Shown: positions 1 to 9,839, counted from the stretch's first letter. The stretch is DNA of 64,000 nt from Actinomycetes bacterium (GCA_023386365.1 JAEWJX010000079.1:3179-67178); one strand, 5' to 3'. Made by a program: numbers and translations. The notes: generated by a model not told the origin, from the letters alone.

Positions 1-571
1 GACCGCCGGCCAATCGTTCGCCCAGGAGCGCGGTGAGGATGCGGTCGTGCCGTTCGCGATCCCATGGGAGTCCGGCGAACTCCATCTCCGCCGCCACGAG
101 GGAACCCACGCTGTCGGCGGCGGCGAGCAGCGCCAGTCGGCCGGGCGCCGAACTCGCATCGATCACGTCGCGCTGCAGGCGCAGTTCGATCACCGGGTCG
201 GGGTCGGCTGCGGGCTGCTCCAGCTCGAACAGGGCATCCGATGCGCCGACGCGCGGCCCCGCCGGCGCATCCCACGCGTCGAGCGGCATGGCGGACAGCA
301 TCGTCTCGCCGGTTGCGACGGCGTTCCGAAGGATCGTGCGGCACATCCGCAGATCGACGCACCGCGCGACACGCACGCCCGCCTCGAGCAGGGGCGGGTA
401 CCACCGCTGCGTGTCACCCCACACCCAGCGCGGTGAGGCGCCTTCGCGCTCCGCGACCCATGCGGGGAGCGAGTCGACCGCGAGCTGGTGCCGTTCCGAC
501 TCGTCCATCTGTGCATCGAGCACCACCGCGTCCACCCGGCCTGCTGCGGGCGAACTGAGGGCGATGAACAC
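1..571 (-). CDS. PolA-family 3'-5' exonuclease/DNA polymerase-like protein, N-terminal part (gene runs off the window start)
   Basis: Own minus-strand translation from GTG at 571 gives VFIALSSPAAGRVDAVVLDAQMDESERHQLAVDSLPAWVAEREGASPRWVWGDTQRWYPPLLEAGVRVARCVDLRMCRTILRN... An in-frame TAG lies just upstream and third codon positions are G/C-rich. It is absent from the ORF track because there is no stop inside the window. It resembles N-termini of actinobacterial bifunctional exonuclease/polymerase proteins (from memory). Confidence 0.5.
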   Translation of the reverse strand, partial: MFIALSSPAAGRVDAVVLDAQMDESERHQLAVDSLPAWVAEREGASPRWVWGDTQRWYPPLLEAGVRVARCVDLRMCRTILRNAVATGETMLSAMPLDAWDAPAGPRVGASDALFELEQPAADPDPVIELRLQRDVIDASSAPGRLALLAAADSVGSLVAAEMEFAGLPWDRERHDRILTALLGERLAGG

Positions 572-650
572 GCTCCCATCCTGCCGCGCGCCGCCGACGG
601 CGAGCGACGGCGATTCCGGCGGTACGCGCGGCGTCGCCTAGCCTGGGCGG

Positions 651-1079
651 ATGCGCACCCTCCTTCTGCGGATCGTGTTCGCCCTCTACCTGGTGACCGT
701 CGGCGTGATCGTGTGGTCGCCCCAGCCCGACTCCGGCACCACCGGGATCATCGCCGTCGCAGCGCGCTGGCTCGAAACCTTCGGACTCCCGTTCGAGCCG
801 ACCTACATCGTGCTTGAGTTCGTGGCCAACATCGCGCTCTTCGTGCCGTTCGGCATGCTCGCGCTCGCCGCCTTCCGCTGGACGCGTGTCTGGTCGGCCA
901 CCGCGGCGGGATTCTTCACGAGCTGCCTCATCGAGGGCGTACAGCTCTTCCTGCCGACACGGTTCTCGACGGTCTCCGACCTCGTCGCCAACACGTTGGG
1001 CGCGCTCATCGGCGCGCTCCTCATCGCCGGGTGGCGGCGACGCCGTCGGATCAGTGCAGCAACGAGCCATCCTTCTTGA
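651..1079 (+). CDS. VanZ-like membrane protein
   Basis: 142-aa ORF with 4 hydrophobic helices. VanZ-type motifs FVANIALFVPFG and EGVQLFLPTRFSTVSDLVANTLGALIG. Confidence 0.7.
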   Translation: MRTLLLRIVFALYLVTVGVIVWSPQPDSGTTGIIAVAARWLETFGLPFEPTYIVLEFVANIALFVPFGMLALAAFRWTRVWSATAAGFFTSCLIEGVQLFLPTRFSTVSDLVANTLGALIGALLIAGWRRRRRISAATSHPS

Positions 1080-1890
1080 CGGCGTTCTTCTCTCCCGCCT
1101 CCACCGCGAACGGGAAACGGTTCTGCTTCGGCGGCAGCGGGCAGTTGAACGCGTAGCTGAACGCGCAGGGCGGAAGCACCGCGCGGTTGAAGTCGAGGGT
1201 GATGGTGCCGTCGGCGTTCGGGGCGATGAAGAGGAAGCGGCCCACGCTGTAGGTCGAGTCGCCGTTGGTGGCATCCGCGAACACCAGCTGCAGCGCACGA
1301 CCCGACTTGAACGCCGCGAGGTCGTAGTCGACCCCGTCACGGGTGAAGGTGATGCGACCGGGGACGACCTCGTCGCGCGTCTTGCCGTCCGACTTGAGGT
1401 GCTCGAAACCGAGAACGGTGCCCTCGGGGTTCTCCGACCAGTTCGCCGTGATGACCCACTCCGGGTCGTACGCGAAAGCGTCGATGCCCCCGAACTCGCC
1501 GATCGCGTCCGACTGGGCGTCCCACACGCGAACGGCGTACAGGCCACCCTCCTGTGCGATCACGAAACCCGTGACGGTGTCGCTGAAGCGGATGCTCGAC
1601 GGCTCGGCGTCGTCCTTGCCCCGCACGGTGACTGTTCCGTCGACGAGCACGCCGTCGACGTGGATACCGTCGGCCGCCGATGCGGTGAGACTGACGCCCG
1701 ACTGCCCCTCGGGCAGCGGCGACCAGGTGCCGGGCACCCCCCACACCGTCTGCTCGGAGTCGATGATCTGGGTCGTCGTGAGCGCGAGGCTGCCCTGCGG
1801 CTGGACGACGGCGAGCTCACGCCGGGAGTGGAAGTAGGCGAACTGCTCCTCGGGGGTCTGAGGAACGGCGGGAGCGGCTGTTTCGGTCAT
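1051..1890 (-). CDS. DUF1684-like protein
   Basis: ORF 1051..1932, start moved to the internal ATG (MTETAAP). The C-terminal LPPCAFSYAFNCPLPPKQNRFPFAVEAGEK matches my memory of the DUF1684 signature. Convergent 29-nt overlap with the VanZ gene. Confidence 0.65.
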   Translation of the reverse strand: MTETAAPAVPQTPEEQFAYFHSRRELAVVQPQGSLALTTTQIIDSEQTVWGVPGTWSPLPEGQSGVSLTASAADGIHVDGVLVDGTVTVRGKDDAEPSSIRFSDTVTGFVIAQEGGLYAVRVWDAQSDAIGEFGGIDAFAYDPEWVITANWSENPEGTVLGFEHLKSDGKTRDEVVPGRITFTRDGVDYDLAAFKSGRALQLVFADATNGDSTYSVGRFLFIAPNADGTITLDFNRAVLPPCAFSYAFNCPLPPKQNRFPFAVEAGEKNAVKKDGSLLH

Positions 1891-2039
1891 GGGTCCATCC
1901 TTGTCGACTCCCCGGATGCAACCGCACGGCACGCGGGACTATTTCCCGCGATGACACCCCCGGGCCTCGTCCGCGCGACTCATCCCCATCCGCCCACCGG
2001 ATGACGAGCGCGGGTCTCAAGCGTCGATAGGCTCCGGCC

Positions 2040-5000
2040 ATGACCTGGTCCGACGACGTCGCCCGCTTCCTCCTCGATGCGAGCGCGTGCCCCCGCTGCA
2101 ACACCCGAACCTGGCGGGGTGCCCCCGCGATGCAGGCAGGCGTGTGCGCACGCTGCGGGACCGATCTCACGGGCGACGCCGGCGCAGAGGTCTGGACGGC
2201 ATCCGAGGCTGCGGTCGCCGCCGTGCGTCATCGGCAGGCACTCGTGGACGCCCTGCCGCGCGTGCCGGCGGCGACAGCCGTGGCCCCGATCGCGGCGACC
2301 CCGATTCCGTCGGTCCCGGAGCCGATTGCTGCTACCCCGGCGGTTCCGTCGCCGCCCGTACCCGCCGCGGAACGCCCGCGGTCCACGATCAGCCTCCAAT
2401 CGGTCCTCGCCGTCGTTGGCGCGGGGCTGCTGGCGGTCGCCGCGATCGTGTTCACCTTCCTGAACCCCGACCTCACCGACTTCGCAACCCGCACCACGAT
2501 CATCGCCATCGTCACCGCGGTCTTCCTCGGGGGTGCATGGCTGCTGCACAGCCGACGCCTGCAGTTTTCCGCCGAGGCGGTGGGGGCACTGGGAATGGTG
2601 TTCGTCGCCCTCGACATCTGGGCGTTCTCCCGACTCGCGCCCGACGGAATGAGTGCCTGGTTCTTCGGCGCGATCGGCCTCGGAATCGCCGCGACAGCCA
2701 TGGTCGCCGTCGGGGTGCGGATGCGCATGCGCACCTGGTTGTGGTCGGGGCTCACCGGCCTCGCGATCGCACCCGCGTTCGTCGGCTACGGCGCCGCCGA
2801 GCAGGCGCCCGTCGACGGCATGTGGGCTGCCACCTGGGGGCACGTCGGTGTGGTCTTCGCCGCGTGGGGGCTCCTCGAACTCGTCCGCGCGGTCGCGGCT
2901 CGCATCGGCTCGCCTCTGCGGGCCGACCGGGTGACGCTCACCGCCATCCAGGCGACCGGCGTCACCGTGGCCTGTGTGATGGCCGCCGCCTTCGCCCCCG
3001 GCACCCTCGAGACCCGGTCCCTTGCCATGGCGTCGGTGTGGATCGCGGTCGCGATCGCAGTGCTCGCGGCGACCCGGGTCACCATCCCGATCGTATGGAG
3101 TGCGGTCGGTGGTCTGCTCGTCGCGGGCGCGGCGATCGCCGTCGCATTCGCCATCCCGCTGGCCGACGACGCATGGATCTTCGCCGTCGTCGCAGCCGCC
3201 GTGACGCTTGTGCTGATCGCCACGGCCTTCATCCGGCGCACGGGTTCGGTCCGCCGGATGGCGGTGGTGGCGAGCGTCGTCGCGGTCTCGGCCCTGGTTG
3301 CGTTCCCCGGATGGCTGATCGTCATGGGCAGCGCCGCAACGGTTCCCGCTCTCGCCTGGACAAGCCGGGAGAGCGCGACCATCGAGGTGGGCACGGCCGC
3401 GTTGGTGGCATCGGGTGTCGTCGGCCTCGCCTCGCTCGCCGCGGGACTCGTCGTTCTGGGCGTGTTCGGCGGGCTTCCCCACATCCGCCGTCCGCTCGAG
3501 CTCGCGGGATGCTGGCTCGCTGCCGTGGCCGTCCTCGGACTGCCCCTCGCGGTCCCGGGAACGGCGCCCTTCGCGATCGGCTACGCGATCGTCCTCTCGA
3601 TCGCCGCGTCCGGCGCTCTGCTTGCATTCCCCGTCCTCCGCGGGGCTTCCTCCTCGCTCCGATTCCCCCTGATCGCGGTCGCGCACGCGCTTCCCGTCCT
3701 CGCGCTCATGCTCTCGTGGCCGGATGCCGCGGTCGCGGCCATCGCCGGCGTCGCGATCGTCGGTGCGTGGGCGCTCGCAGCGCGCACGGTGCCCGCCGCT
3801 CTGCGGCCACTCCACACGGGTGCGGGATTCGCCTACGCCCTCATCGCGGGCGCCGCGGGCCTCAGCCTGACCACGCTCGACGTGCTGCCCATCCTCTGCC
3901 TCATCACCACGGCCGCCGCCCTCGTCGCGATCGCTGTGTCGCTGACCTCCTGGCTGCCGGTCGCCAGCTGGTACGCGGTGCTCGGTGTGGCAGCGATCCC
4001 GTTCGGCCTCGGCATCGTCTCCGTTCTGATCGAACGAAGCGGTTGGACGGCCCTCTCGACCGGTGTGATGGCGCTCCTCGCCACCACCCTGCTGTTGACC
4101 CGCCGCAGCGGCACCACCACGTTCCTGCGCGCCGGAGCGGCGGCGCTCATCGTGCCGATGCTCGCGGTCGTCGTCGTCTGCCTCACGGCCGAACTCCCGC
4201 AGAGCGGCTCTCCGGTGGCCCTGCCGATCATCGCGGTGCTGGTTGCGTGTGCGCTGCCCACCACCGGAATCGTGCACGACGCGCTCGTCCGACGGGGCTA
4301 CTCCCCCACGGCCGCGTCCGCGGTGCGACTCGCGATCGAGTCATCGTCGCTCGTCACCGGCGCTCTGGCCGTGGTGCTGTCGCTCCAGCGCTCCGCAGCC
4401 GGGCTCGAGATCGCGTTCGTCGTGCTGCTCCTCCTCGGCATCGGAGCGGCCGCCACCGCCCTCTGGCTGAAGCGCCGCTACGGGTGGTGGACTGCATCCG
4501 CCGCCTGGACAGGTGCCCTCTGGTGTGCGTGGGCGATCGTCGGTGTGAACGTGCTGGAACCGTATCTCCTGCCGCCCGCCGCGGCCGCGATGATCGTCGG
4601 GCTCGTCCTCGTTGCGCGACGCCGTCGCGGACCCCGCGTGCGTCCCGCCGCTGCCTTGTTCGCGACCGGGCTGGGGGTGGCGCTCGTGCCGTCCCTCGCG
4701 ATCCTGGCCGTCACCGGGAACGGAGCCCCGAACGCCGTCGACGATCCGTCGCTGTGGCGCTCGCTCGCGCTCATGCTCGCGGGAATCGTGCTGGTGGGAT
4801 GTGCCGCGCTCACCACCCGCGCGCCCGGCGACGCCCCCACACGTTTCGAGGCGATCCGTGTGCCGCTGCTGCTCGGTGCCGTGGTCGCCGCGGCCGGCGG
4901 AGTGATCCAAGGCATCCGCTGGGGATGGGACCTGGATCCTCTCCCCCTCCCCGCCGTCCACCCGATGGTGCAGGTGCTGACGTTCGCCGTCATCGCCGCC

Positions 5001-5765
5001 GTCACGGCCGGCGCGGCAGCCCGGTTGGCGCAGGCGGCGGGCACGTCATCGCGCTGGATCTACGCACCGGCGCTGTTCTCCCTGGTGGTCGGGCCGATGG
5101 CCGCCATCTCCGACGACCCGGCGTCGATTTGGATCGTCTGGAGCCTGGAGATCCTGCTGCTCCTCATCATCGTCGCCACCGGATGGCGCGCGCGCGAACG
5201 TGCCGTGTACTTCCCGCCGATCTGGTTCCAGTGGGTACTCGCATGGGTGGTCGCCGTGGTCGCGTGGAGTCCGCGTGAGGTGCTCCGTGTCGAAGGCTTC
5301 TCGCTGCCGCTCGGCATCGCCCTGGTGCTCGTCGGAGCGATGGGTCTGCTGCGCGGCCGACGGCCGGCCGACGGCCCGCCGCGTCTCACCAGCTGGCCGA
5401 TCGGGTACGAAGGCTCGTGGCCGCTGCTGGCCCCCGGCATCATCGCCACGCTGCTTCCGTCGATCATGGCCACCTTCACCTCCCCCGACACCTGGCGTGC
5501 CATCACCGTCATCGCTCTCGCCCTGGTGGCGGTGCTGATCGGGGCGCGCAAGACGCTGGCTGCCCCCTTCATCCTGGGAATCGCCGCTCTGCCGCTCGAG
5601 ATCCTCGTGGTGTTCCTGGTGCAGGTGGGCGGCACGATCAGCCCGCTGCTCTGGTGGATCACCCTTGCCACCGCCGGCATCGTGCTCCTGGTGATCGCTG
5701 TCGGCTGGGAGAGGCGGACGGGCTCAGACGCGACACTCGCCGCGCGCATCCGGGATCTGCGGTGA
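2040..5765 (+). CDS. Giant polytopic membrane protein with N-terminal zinc ribbon (SCO7613-like family)
   Basis: 1241-aa ORF. N-terminus has CPRC-N15-CARC, then a Pro/Ala linker, then near-continuous hydrophobic helices. Strong G/C third-position bias. The antisense 765-aa ORF is Arg/Asp/Gly junk. Confidence 0.8.
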   Translation: MTWSDDVARFLLDASACPRCNTRTWRGAPAMQAGVCARCGTDLTGDAGAEVWTASEAAVAAVRHRQALVDALPRVPAATAVAPIAATPIPSVPEPIAATPAVPSPPVPAAERPRSTISLQSVLAVVGAGLLAVAAIVFTFLNPDLTDFATRTTIIAIVTAVFLGGAWLLHSRRLQFSAEAVGALGMVFVALDIWAFSRLAPDGMSAWFFGAIGLGIAATAMVAVGVRMRMRTWLWSGLTGLAIAPAFVGYGAAEQAPVDGMWAATWGHVGVVFAAWGLLELVRAVAARIGSPLRADRVTLTAIQATGVTVACVMAAAFAPGTLETRSLAMASVWIAVAIAVLAATRVTIPIVWSAVGGLLVAGAAIAVAFAIPLADDAWIFAVVAAAVTLVLIATAFIRRTGSVRRMAVVASVVAVSALVAFPGWLIVMGSAATVPALAWTSRESATIEVGTAALVASGVVGLASLAAGLVVLGVFGGLPHIRRPLELAGCWLAAVAVLGLPLAVPGTAPFAIGYAIVLSIAASGALLAFPVLRGASSSLRFPLIAVAHALPVLALMLSWPDAAVAAIAGVAIVGAWALAARTVPAALRPLHTGAGFAYALIAGAAGLSLTTLDVLPILCLITTAAALVAIAVSLTSWLPVASWYAVLGVAAIPFGLGIVSVLIERSGWTALSTGVMALLATTLLLTRRSGTTTFLRAGAAALIVPMLAVVVVCLTAELPQSGSPVALPIIAVLVACALPTTGIVHDALVRRGYSPTAASAVRLAIESSSLVTGALAVVLSLQRSAAGLEIAFVVLLLLGIGAAATALWLKRRYGWWTASAAWTGALWCAWAIVGVNVLEPYLLPPAAAAMIVGLVLVARRRRGPRVRPAAALFATGLGVALVPSLAILAVTGNGAPNAVDDPSLWRSLALMLAGIVLVGCAALTTRAPGDAPTRFEAIRVPLLLGAVVAAAGGVIQGIRWGWDLDPLPLPAVHPMVQVLTFAVIAAVTAGAAARLAQAAGTSSRWIYAPALFSLVVGPMAAISDDPASIWIVWSLEILLLLIIVATGWRARERAVYFPPIWFQWVLAWVVAVVAWSPREVLRVEGFSLPLGIALVLVGAMGLLRGRRPADGPPRLTSWPIGYEGSWPLLAPGIIATLLPSIMATFTSPDTWRAITVIALALVAVLIGARKTLAAPFILGIAALPLEILVVFLVQVGGTISPLLWWITLATAGIVLLVIAVGWERRTGSDATLAARIRDLR

Positions 5766-5777
5766 CTCCGGAGGTGA

Positions 5778-6998
5778 ATGTCAAGGGCGCTGCAGCATCG
5801 CGGTAGCCCGCGTAACGTCGAGCGGGTGGCAGAGTCGACAGACACACTCGAAACGACCCCTGCGGCCCCCAACCCGCGCCCCGGAACCACCCTCGTCGGA
5901 CGGTTCCGGCTCGAGGAGAGGATCGGCGCGGGCGGGATGTCGAGCGTGTATCGCGCAACCGACCAGGCGCTGGGTCGGGCAGTCGCCATCAAGATCTTCC
6001 GCAGGGACGCCGCAGACGCATCCGACCTTCGACGGGAGCGCGAGGAGATCCGCACGATCGCGACCCTCGACCACCCCGCGATCGTGACGCTGTACGACGC
6101 GGTCGCAGACCCGGAGCGGGCCACCGCGGACGCCTTCCTTGTCATGCAGCTGATCGAGGGCGAGAGCCTGGCTCAACGGCTTTCCCGCGGGCCGCTCGCC
6201 GAGGAGCAGCCGGCGGCCATCGGCGCAGCCATCGCCGGCGCCCTCGCCTACGTGCACGCTCGGGGGATCATCCATCGTGACGTCAAACCGGGGAACATCC
6301 TCCTGCCTGGAGGAGACTCCACCGGCCCCGTCGCAATGCTGACCGATTTCGGCATCGCCCGAATCGTCGACGGCGCACGACTCACCGCTACCGACACCGT
6401 GCTCGGAACGGCGAGCTACCTCAGCCCCGAGCAGGCGCGCGGTTGGCCGCTCGGGCCGGCCAGTGACATCTACTCGCTCGGGCTGGTGCTGCTCGAGTGC
6501 CTGACCGGCGTGCGTGCGTATCCCGGGTCAGCCGTGGAATCCGCGGTCGCGCGGCTGACCAGCGACCCTGACGTGCCCGACACGGTGGCGCCCGAGTGGC
6601 ATCGGCTGCTCCGCGCCATGACCGCTCGCGAAGCGGGCGACCGACCGACCGCCGCGGAGGTCGCCAGCGAACTGTCCGGATGGTGGGCGCCCGCCGATGC
6701 CGTGACCGTGCCCATGCGGACCCCGGTCGTGGATGAGGATCTTCCCCCCACGACGGTGCTCCCGACAGCTGGGAACATGGATGCCGTCACCGAGGAGCAG
6801 ACGCGCTCTGTGCCCGTCCGGAAGAAGCGAAGGGCTGCCCTCCTTCTGGCGAGCATCGCCGCCGTGGTCGTCGGCGGAGGCGTCGCGGTCGGCCTCCTGT
6901 CGTCGTCGACCCCGGACACACCGACCGTCGAGTACCCGGCAGTCGAGGGAGACGTCGGAGTGCACCTCGAGCAGCTGCAGGAGAGTGTCGAACCATGA
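5778..6998 (+). CDS. Hanks-type Ser/Thr protein kinase, single TM, about 30-aa external tail
   Basis: Motifs GAGGMSSV, VAIKIF, HRDVKPGNILL, DFGIAR, SYLSPEQ. TM helix AALLLASIAAVVVGGGVAVGLL near the C-terminus. The exact start is uncertain; an internal GTG is possible. Confidence 0.9.
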   Translation: MSRALQHRGSPRNVERVAESTDTLETTPAAPNPRPGTTLVGRFRLEERIGAGGMSSVYRATDQALGRAVAIKIFRRDAADASDLRREREEIRTIATLDHPAIVTLYDAVADPERATADAFLVMQLIEGESLAQRLSRGPLAEEQPAAIGAAIAGALAYVHARGIIHRDVKPGNILLPGGDSTGPVAMLTDFGIARIVDGARLTATDTVLGTASYLSPEQARGWPLGPASDIYSLGLVLLECLTGVRAYPGSAVESAVARLTSDPDVPDTVAPEWHRLLRAMTAREAGDRPTAAEVASELSGWWAPADAVTVPMRTPVVDEDLPPTTVLPTAGNMDAVTEEQTRSVPVRKKRRAALLLASIAAVVVGGGVAVGLLSSSTPDTPTVEYPAVEGDVGVHLEQLQESVEP

Positions 6999-7420
6999 TC
7001 CGGACCATGATCACCGTCGGGGTCGCCGCAGTCGTCTTGACGCTCGTCGGCTGCGCGCCGACCTACTCGGATGCGACGGCGCAGGCGCTCCAGCAACAGG
7101 TTCTTCAGGTGACGGAAGCAGCAGCGGCAGGCGAGTGGGCCACCGCTCAGGGGGCACTCGATGCCCTGTCGGCGGAGGCTGACAAGGCACATGACGAGGG
7201 ACGTATCGACGACGAGCGGCTCGGAGAGATCAACTCCGCCATCTCGGTCGTCGCCGCCGACCTCGACGCCGGCATCGCAGCAGAGGCGGCGGCTGCAGCG
7301 GAAGCAGCCGCGGCAGCCGAACAGCAGCGCATCGCCGACGAGGAGGCAGCGGCTCCGCCGAACAAGGGCAAGAAGGACAGGGGACACGGGCCCAAGCCCA
7401 AAGGTCCCGGCCAAGGCTGA
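6995..7420 (+). CDS. Lipoprotein, Ala/Glu-rich with basic Lys/Gly/Pro tail
   Basis: Signal peptide plus lipobox (VVLTLVGC). ATGA start/stop overlap with the kinase gene. Low-complexity AAEAAAAAAEAAAAAEQQ segment. Confidence 0.7.
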   Translation: MIRTMITVGVAAVVLTLVGCAPTYSDATAQALQQQVLQVTEAAAAGEWATAQGALDALSAEADKAHDEGRIDDERLGEINSAISVVAADLDAGIAAEAAAAAEAAAAAEQQRIADEEAAAPPNKGKKDRGHGPKPKGPGQG

Positions 7421-7453
7421 CGCGTACCTGCACGCATCCACGGCCTGACTGAG

Positions 7454-7527
7454 TAGGGCGGACGGGACTTGAACCCGTGACCGACGGATTATGAGTCCGC
7501 TGCTCTAACCGGCTGAGCTACCGCCCC
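7454..7527 (-). tRNA. tRNA-Met (anticodon CAT; Ile2/lysidine type cannot be excluded)
   Basis: Minus-strand read GGGGCGG TA GCTC AGCCGGTTA GAGC A GCGGA CTCATAA TCCGT CGGTC ACGGG TTCAAGT CCCGT CCGCCCT A folds as a cloverleaf. CCA is not encoded. Confidence 0.85.
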
Positions 7528-7570
7528 GCGACAACGCTACCGGGTGCACCGCATGCACCGCGCAGCGTCG

Positions 7571-8803
7571 TCAGCTGGATGCCGACTCGGGTTCCTCGTC
7601 GGTGACCGGGTCGACGACATCCTCGCCGCGGTACAGCGCCTCGAAGATGTCGAGGGTGCGCTGGATGTCGTGCACCTCGACCGTGTGCAGGGCACCCTTG
7701 CGCAGCCGCAGGATCTCGTCCGGCGACGCTGTCAGGATGGTGCGCAGGTGACCGGCGAGCTCGTCGACGTCACCCGGCTGGTACAGGTAGCCGTTCTCAC
7801 CCGAATGCACCAGATGAGGCAGCGCCATCGCATCCGCGGCGACCACCGGAAGACCCGAGGCGAGCGCCTCCATGGTCGCGATCGATTGCAGCTCAGCGCG
7901 CGACGGCATGGCGAAGACCGACGCCTCGGTGAGCGTCCTGCGCATCTCCTCGTCCGAGACACGGCCCGTGAAACGCACCCGGTCGGCGATACCGAGCTCG
8001 CGGGCACGTGCCTCCAGGTGCTTGCGCACCTCGCCGTCGCCCACGATGACGACGCGGACATCAAGATCCTGCAGCTTCACCGCGGCCTCGAGCACCTCGT
8101 GGATGTACTTCTCCTCGTCGAGGCGACCGAGGAACGCGATCACGTTCTCGCTGCGCGGCGACAGGTCGGCCGTGTAGAAGCTGGTGTCGATGCCGCAGGA
8201 GATGGCGTGCACATGGTCGAGACCCGTACCGCGCTCGAAGAAGTCGGCGGCGCGTCGGGTGGGGGTGGTCACCGCATCCGCCATCGCGAACCACTTGCGG
8301 GCCGCGTTCCACTGGATCCGCGCCAGCCAGCCCAGCATCGGCTTCGGCAGGATCGCCACATGCTGGAGGATGTTCTCCGGCATGATGTGGTTCGTTCCCA
8401 CCAGTTCGATGTCGTGCTTCTTCGCCGACGTGGCGAGGCCGCGGCCGGCCACGATGTGCGACTGGAAGTGGATCGCGTCCGGCTGGATCTTGCGCACGAT
8501 CTTCTCGGCGTTCGCCTTCACCCGCCACGGCAGCATGAACCGGAGCCACGGATGCGGGTACCACCGCCACGAATAGATGCGGTGCACCGTCATGTCGACA
8601 CCCTCATGGGTCTCGGTGAAGGTGCCGACCCGGCCGTGGGCGGGCGCCATGACATGCACCTCATGGCCACGGCGCGCGAGGCCGGCCGCCAGGTTGCGCG
8701 TGAACGTGGCCGCCCCATTGACGTCGGGCAGGAAGGTGTCGGCCCCGATGAGGACCGTCAGCGGCGCAGGCGCGGCGGGGTTCGACGTCGAGGCGTCGGT
8801 CAC
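7571..8803 (-). CDS. Glycosyltransferase family 4 (GT1/GT4 fold)
   Basis: N-terminus ...VLIGADTFLPDVNGAATFTRNLAAGLARRGHEVHV and C-terminal GT1 region (FAMPSRAELQSIATMEALASGLPVV). The track start at 8812 is TTG with no spacer to the SD. GTG at 8803 sits 9 nt after GAGGGA, so I prefer it. Confidence 0.8.
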   Translation of the reverse strand: MTDASTSNPAAPAPLTVLIGADTFLPDVNGAATFTRNLAAGLARRGHEVHVMAPAHGRVGTFTETHEGVDMTVHRIYSWRWYPHPWLRFMLPWRVKANAEKIVRKIQPDAIHFQSHIVAGRGLATSAKKHDIELVGTNHIMPENILQHVAILPKPMLGWLARIQWNAARKWFAMADAVTTPTRRAADFFERGTGLDHVHAISCGIDTSFYTADLSPRSENVIAFLGRLDEEKYIHEVLEAAVKLQDLDVRVVIVGDGEVRKHLEARARELGIADRVRFTGRVSDEEMRRTLTEASVFAMPSRAELQSIATMEALASGLPVVAADAMALPHLVHSGENGYLYQPGDVDELAGHLRTILTASPDEILRLRKGALHTVEVHDIQRTLDIFEALYRGEDVVDPVTDEEPESASS

Positions 8804-8845
8804 TGAAGTCAATCCCTCGGTTCGGCGGTAAACAACCCCTCCAAA

Positions 8846-9799
8846 CTACCTCAGGGTCGACAGCTCCCCCGGCTCATCCCGTCGGTGCGTCTGCGGGTGA
8901 TGCTTCGCCAACTGGAAGACGCCGAAGATCGCAACCGCGCCGGCGACCGCCGACACTGCGAGAGCCCAGTACGGCATCGCCGACGCCTCACCCAGGATGA
9001 AGATGCCGATCGCGACCGCGACCAGGGGGTCGATCACGGTGAGACCCGCGATCACCAGGTCGGGCGCACCCACCGAGTAGGCCGTCTGCACGAAGTAGAA
9101 GCCGAGCGCGAGCGCCAGCAGCAGGCTGATCCCGCCGACCACGGTGACCCAGTCGAAGTTGCCGTTCAGGAGGCGGTTGATGACCACCTTCGCGATACTG
9201 GCCACGAAGCCGTACAGGACGCCACCCGCGGCGATGTAGAACATCGCGTTGAGCTTCCTGCGGAAGAAAATGAACGCGGCGGCGAGGGCGAGCAGCACAC
9301 CGGCGAGGATCGCCAGGATGACGATCAGTTGCTTCTCGGTGATCAGGTGCTCGGTCGCGTAGAACGCGGCCACCGTGACGAACACACCGATGCCCACGAC
9401 GCACATCGTGATGGCTGTGATCGCGTGCCGGTCGAGCTTCACCCGCGACACGCGCGCGTTGATGATCGAGGTGAGCACGAGCGCCACGATGCCGATCGGC
9501 TGCACCACGATGAGCGGGGCGAAACCGAGCGCGGTGAGCTGGAACACGATCGCGAGGCCCAGCAGGATCGTGCCGATCACCCAGCTCGGACGCTGCAGCA
9601 GGCGGAGGAACTGACCACCGGAGAGGCCCGCCTTCTCGCCCGAGCCGTAGCGCTCCTCGACCTTGGCGACGCCCCGGTGCTGCAGCTGGGCGCCGAGCGA
9701 CAGGAAGACAGCACCGATCAGGGCGATGAGGATGCCGAGCGGCGCGGAGCCCGAGAACACTTCAGCGACCTCGTCGGCGAGGGGGACGACGTCAGGCAC
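8846..9799 (-). CDS. DMT-superfamily (NIPA-like) polytopic membrane protein
   Basis: 317 aa with about 9-10 hydrophobic helices. Resembles proteins annotated as multidrug DMT transporter permease. GTG start with no obvious SD. Confidence 0.6.
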   Translation of the reverse strand: MPDVVPLADEVAEVFSGSAPLGILIALIGAVFLSLGAQLQHRGVAKVEERYGSGEKAGLSGGQFLRLLQRPSWVIGTILLGLAIVFQLTALGFAPLIVVQPIGIVALVLTSIINARVSRVKLDRHAITAITMCVVGIGVFVTVAAFYATEHLITEKQLIVILAILAGVLLALAAAFIFFRRKLNAMFYIAAGGVLYGFVASIAKVVINRLLNGNFDWVTVVGGISLLLALALGFYFVQTAYSVGAPDLVIAGLTVIDPLVAVAIGIFILGEASAMPYWALAVSAVAGAVAIFGVFQLAKHHPQTHRRDEPGELSTLR

Positions 9800-9839
9800 C
9801 TGTCGAATCTACCTGCCCGCGCGCCGATATCCTGTGCGA

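Noticed and set aside
33-641. Three overlapping plus-strand ORFs at the window start (33..641, 47..436, 64..558).
   Set aside because: All three look like junk sequence. The minus strand, in a frame open to the window edge, gives a sensible PolA-family exonuclease-like N-terminus.
1980-4277. Very long antisense or out-of-frame ORFs. Examples: 1980..4277 (-), 23520..27506 (+), 30842..34054 (+), 60942..63731 (+), and many Arg/Gly/Pro/Asp-rich ORFs throughout the track.
   Set aside because: Their translations are low-complexity Arg/Pro/Gly/Asp strings with no motifs. They lie opposite genes with clear motifs and correct G/C third-position bias. Stop-free shadow frames are expected in DNA this G/C-rich.
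7255-7345. GCN-rich repetitive DNA (gcagcagaggcggcggctgcagcggaagcagccgcggcagcc) as a tandem repeat or CRISPR-like element.
   Set aside because: It is in frame within the lipoprotein gene and encodes an Ala/Glu low-complexity segment. There is no spacer/repeat periodicity.
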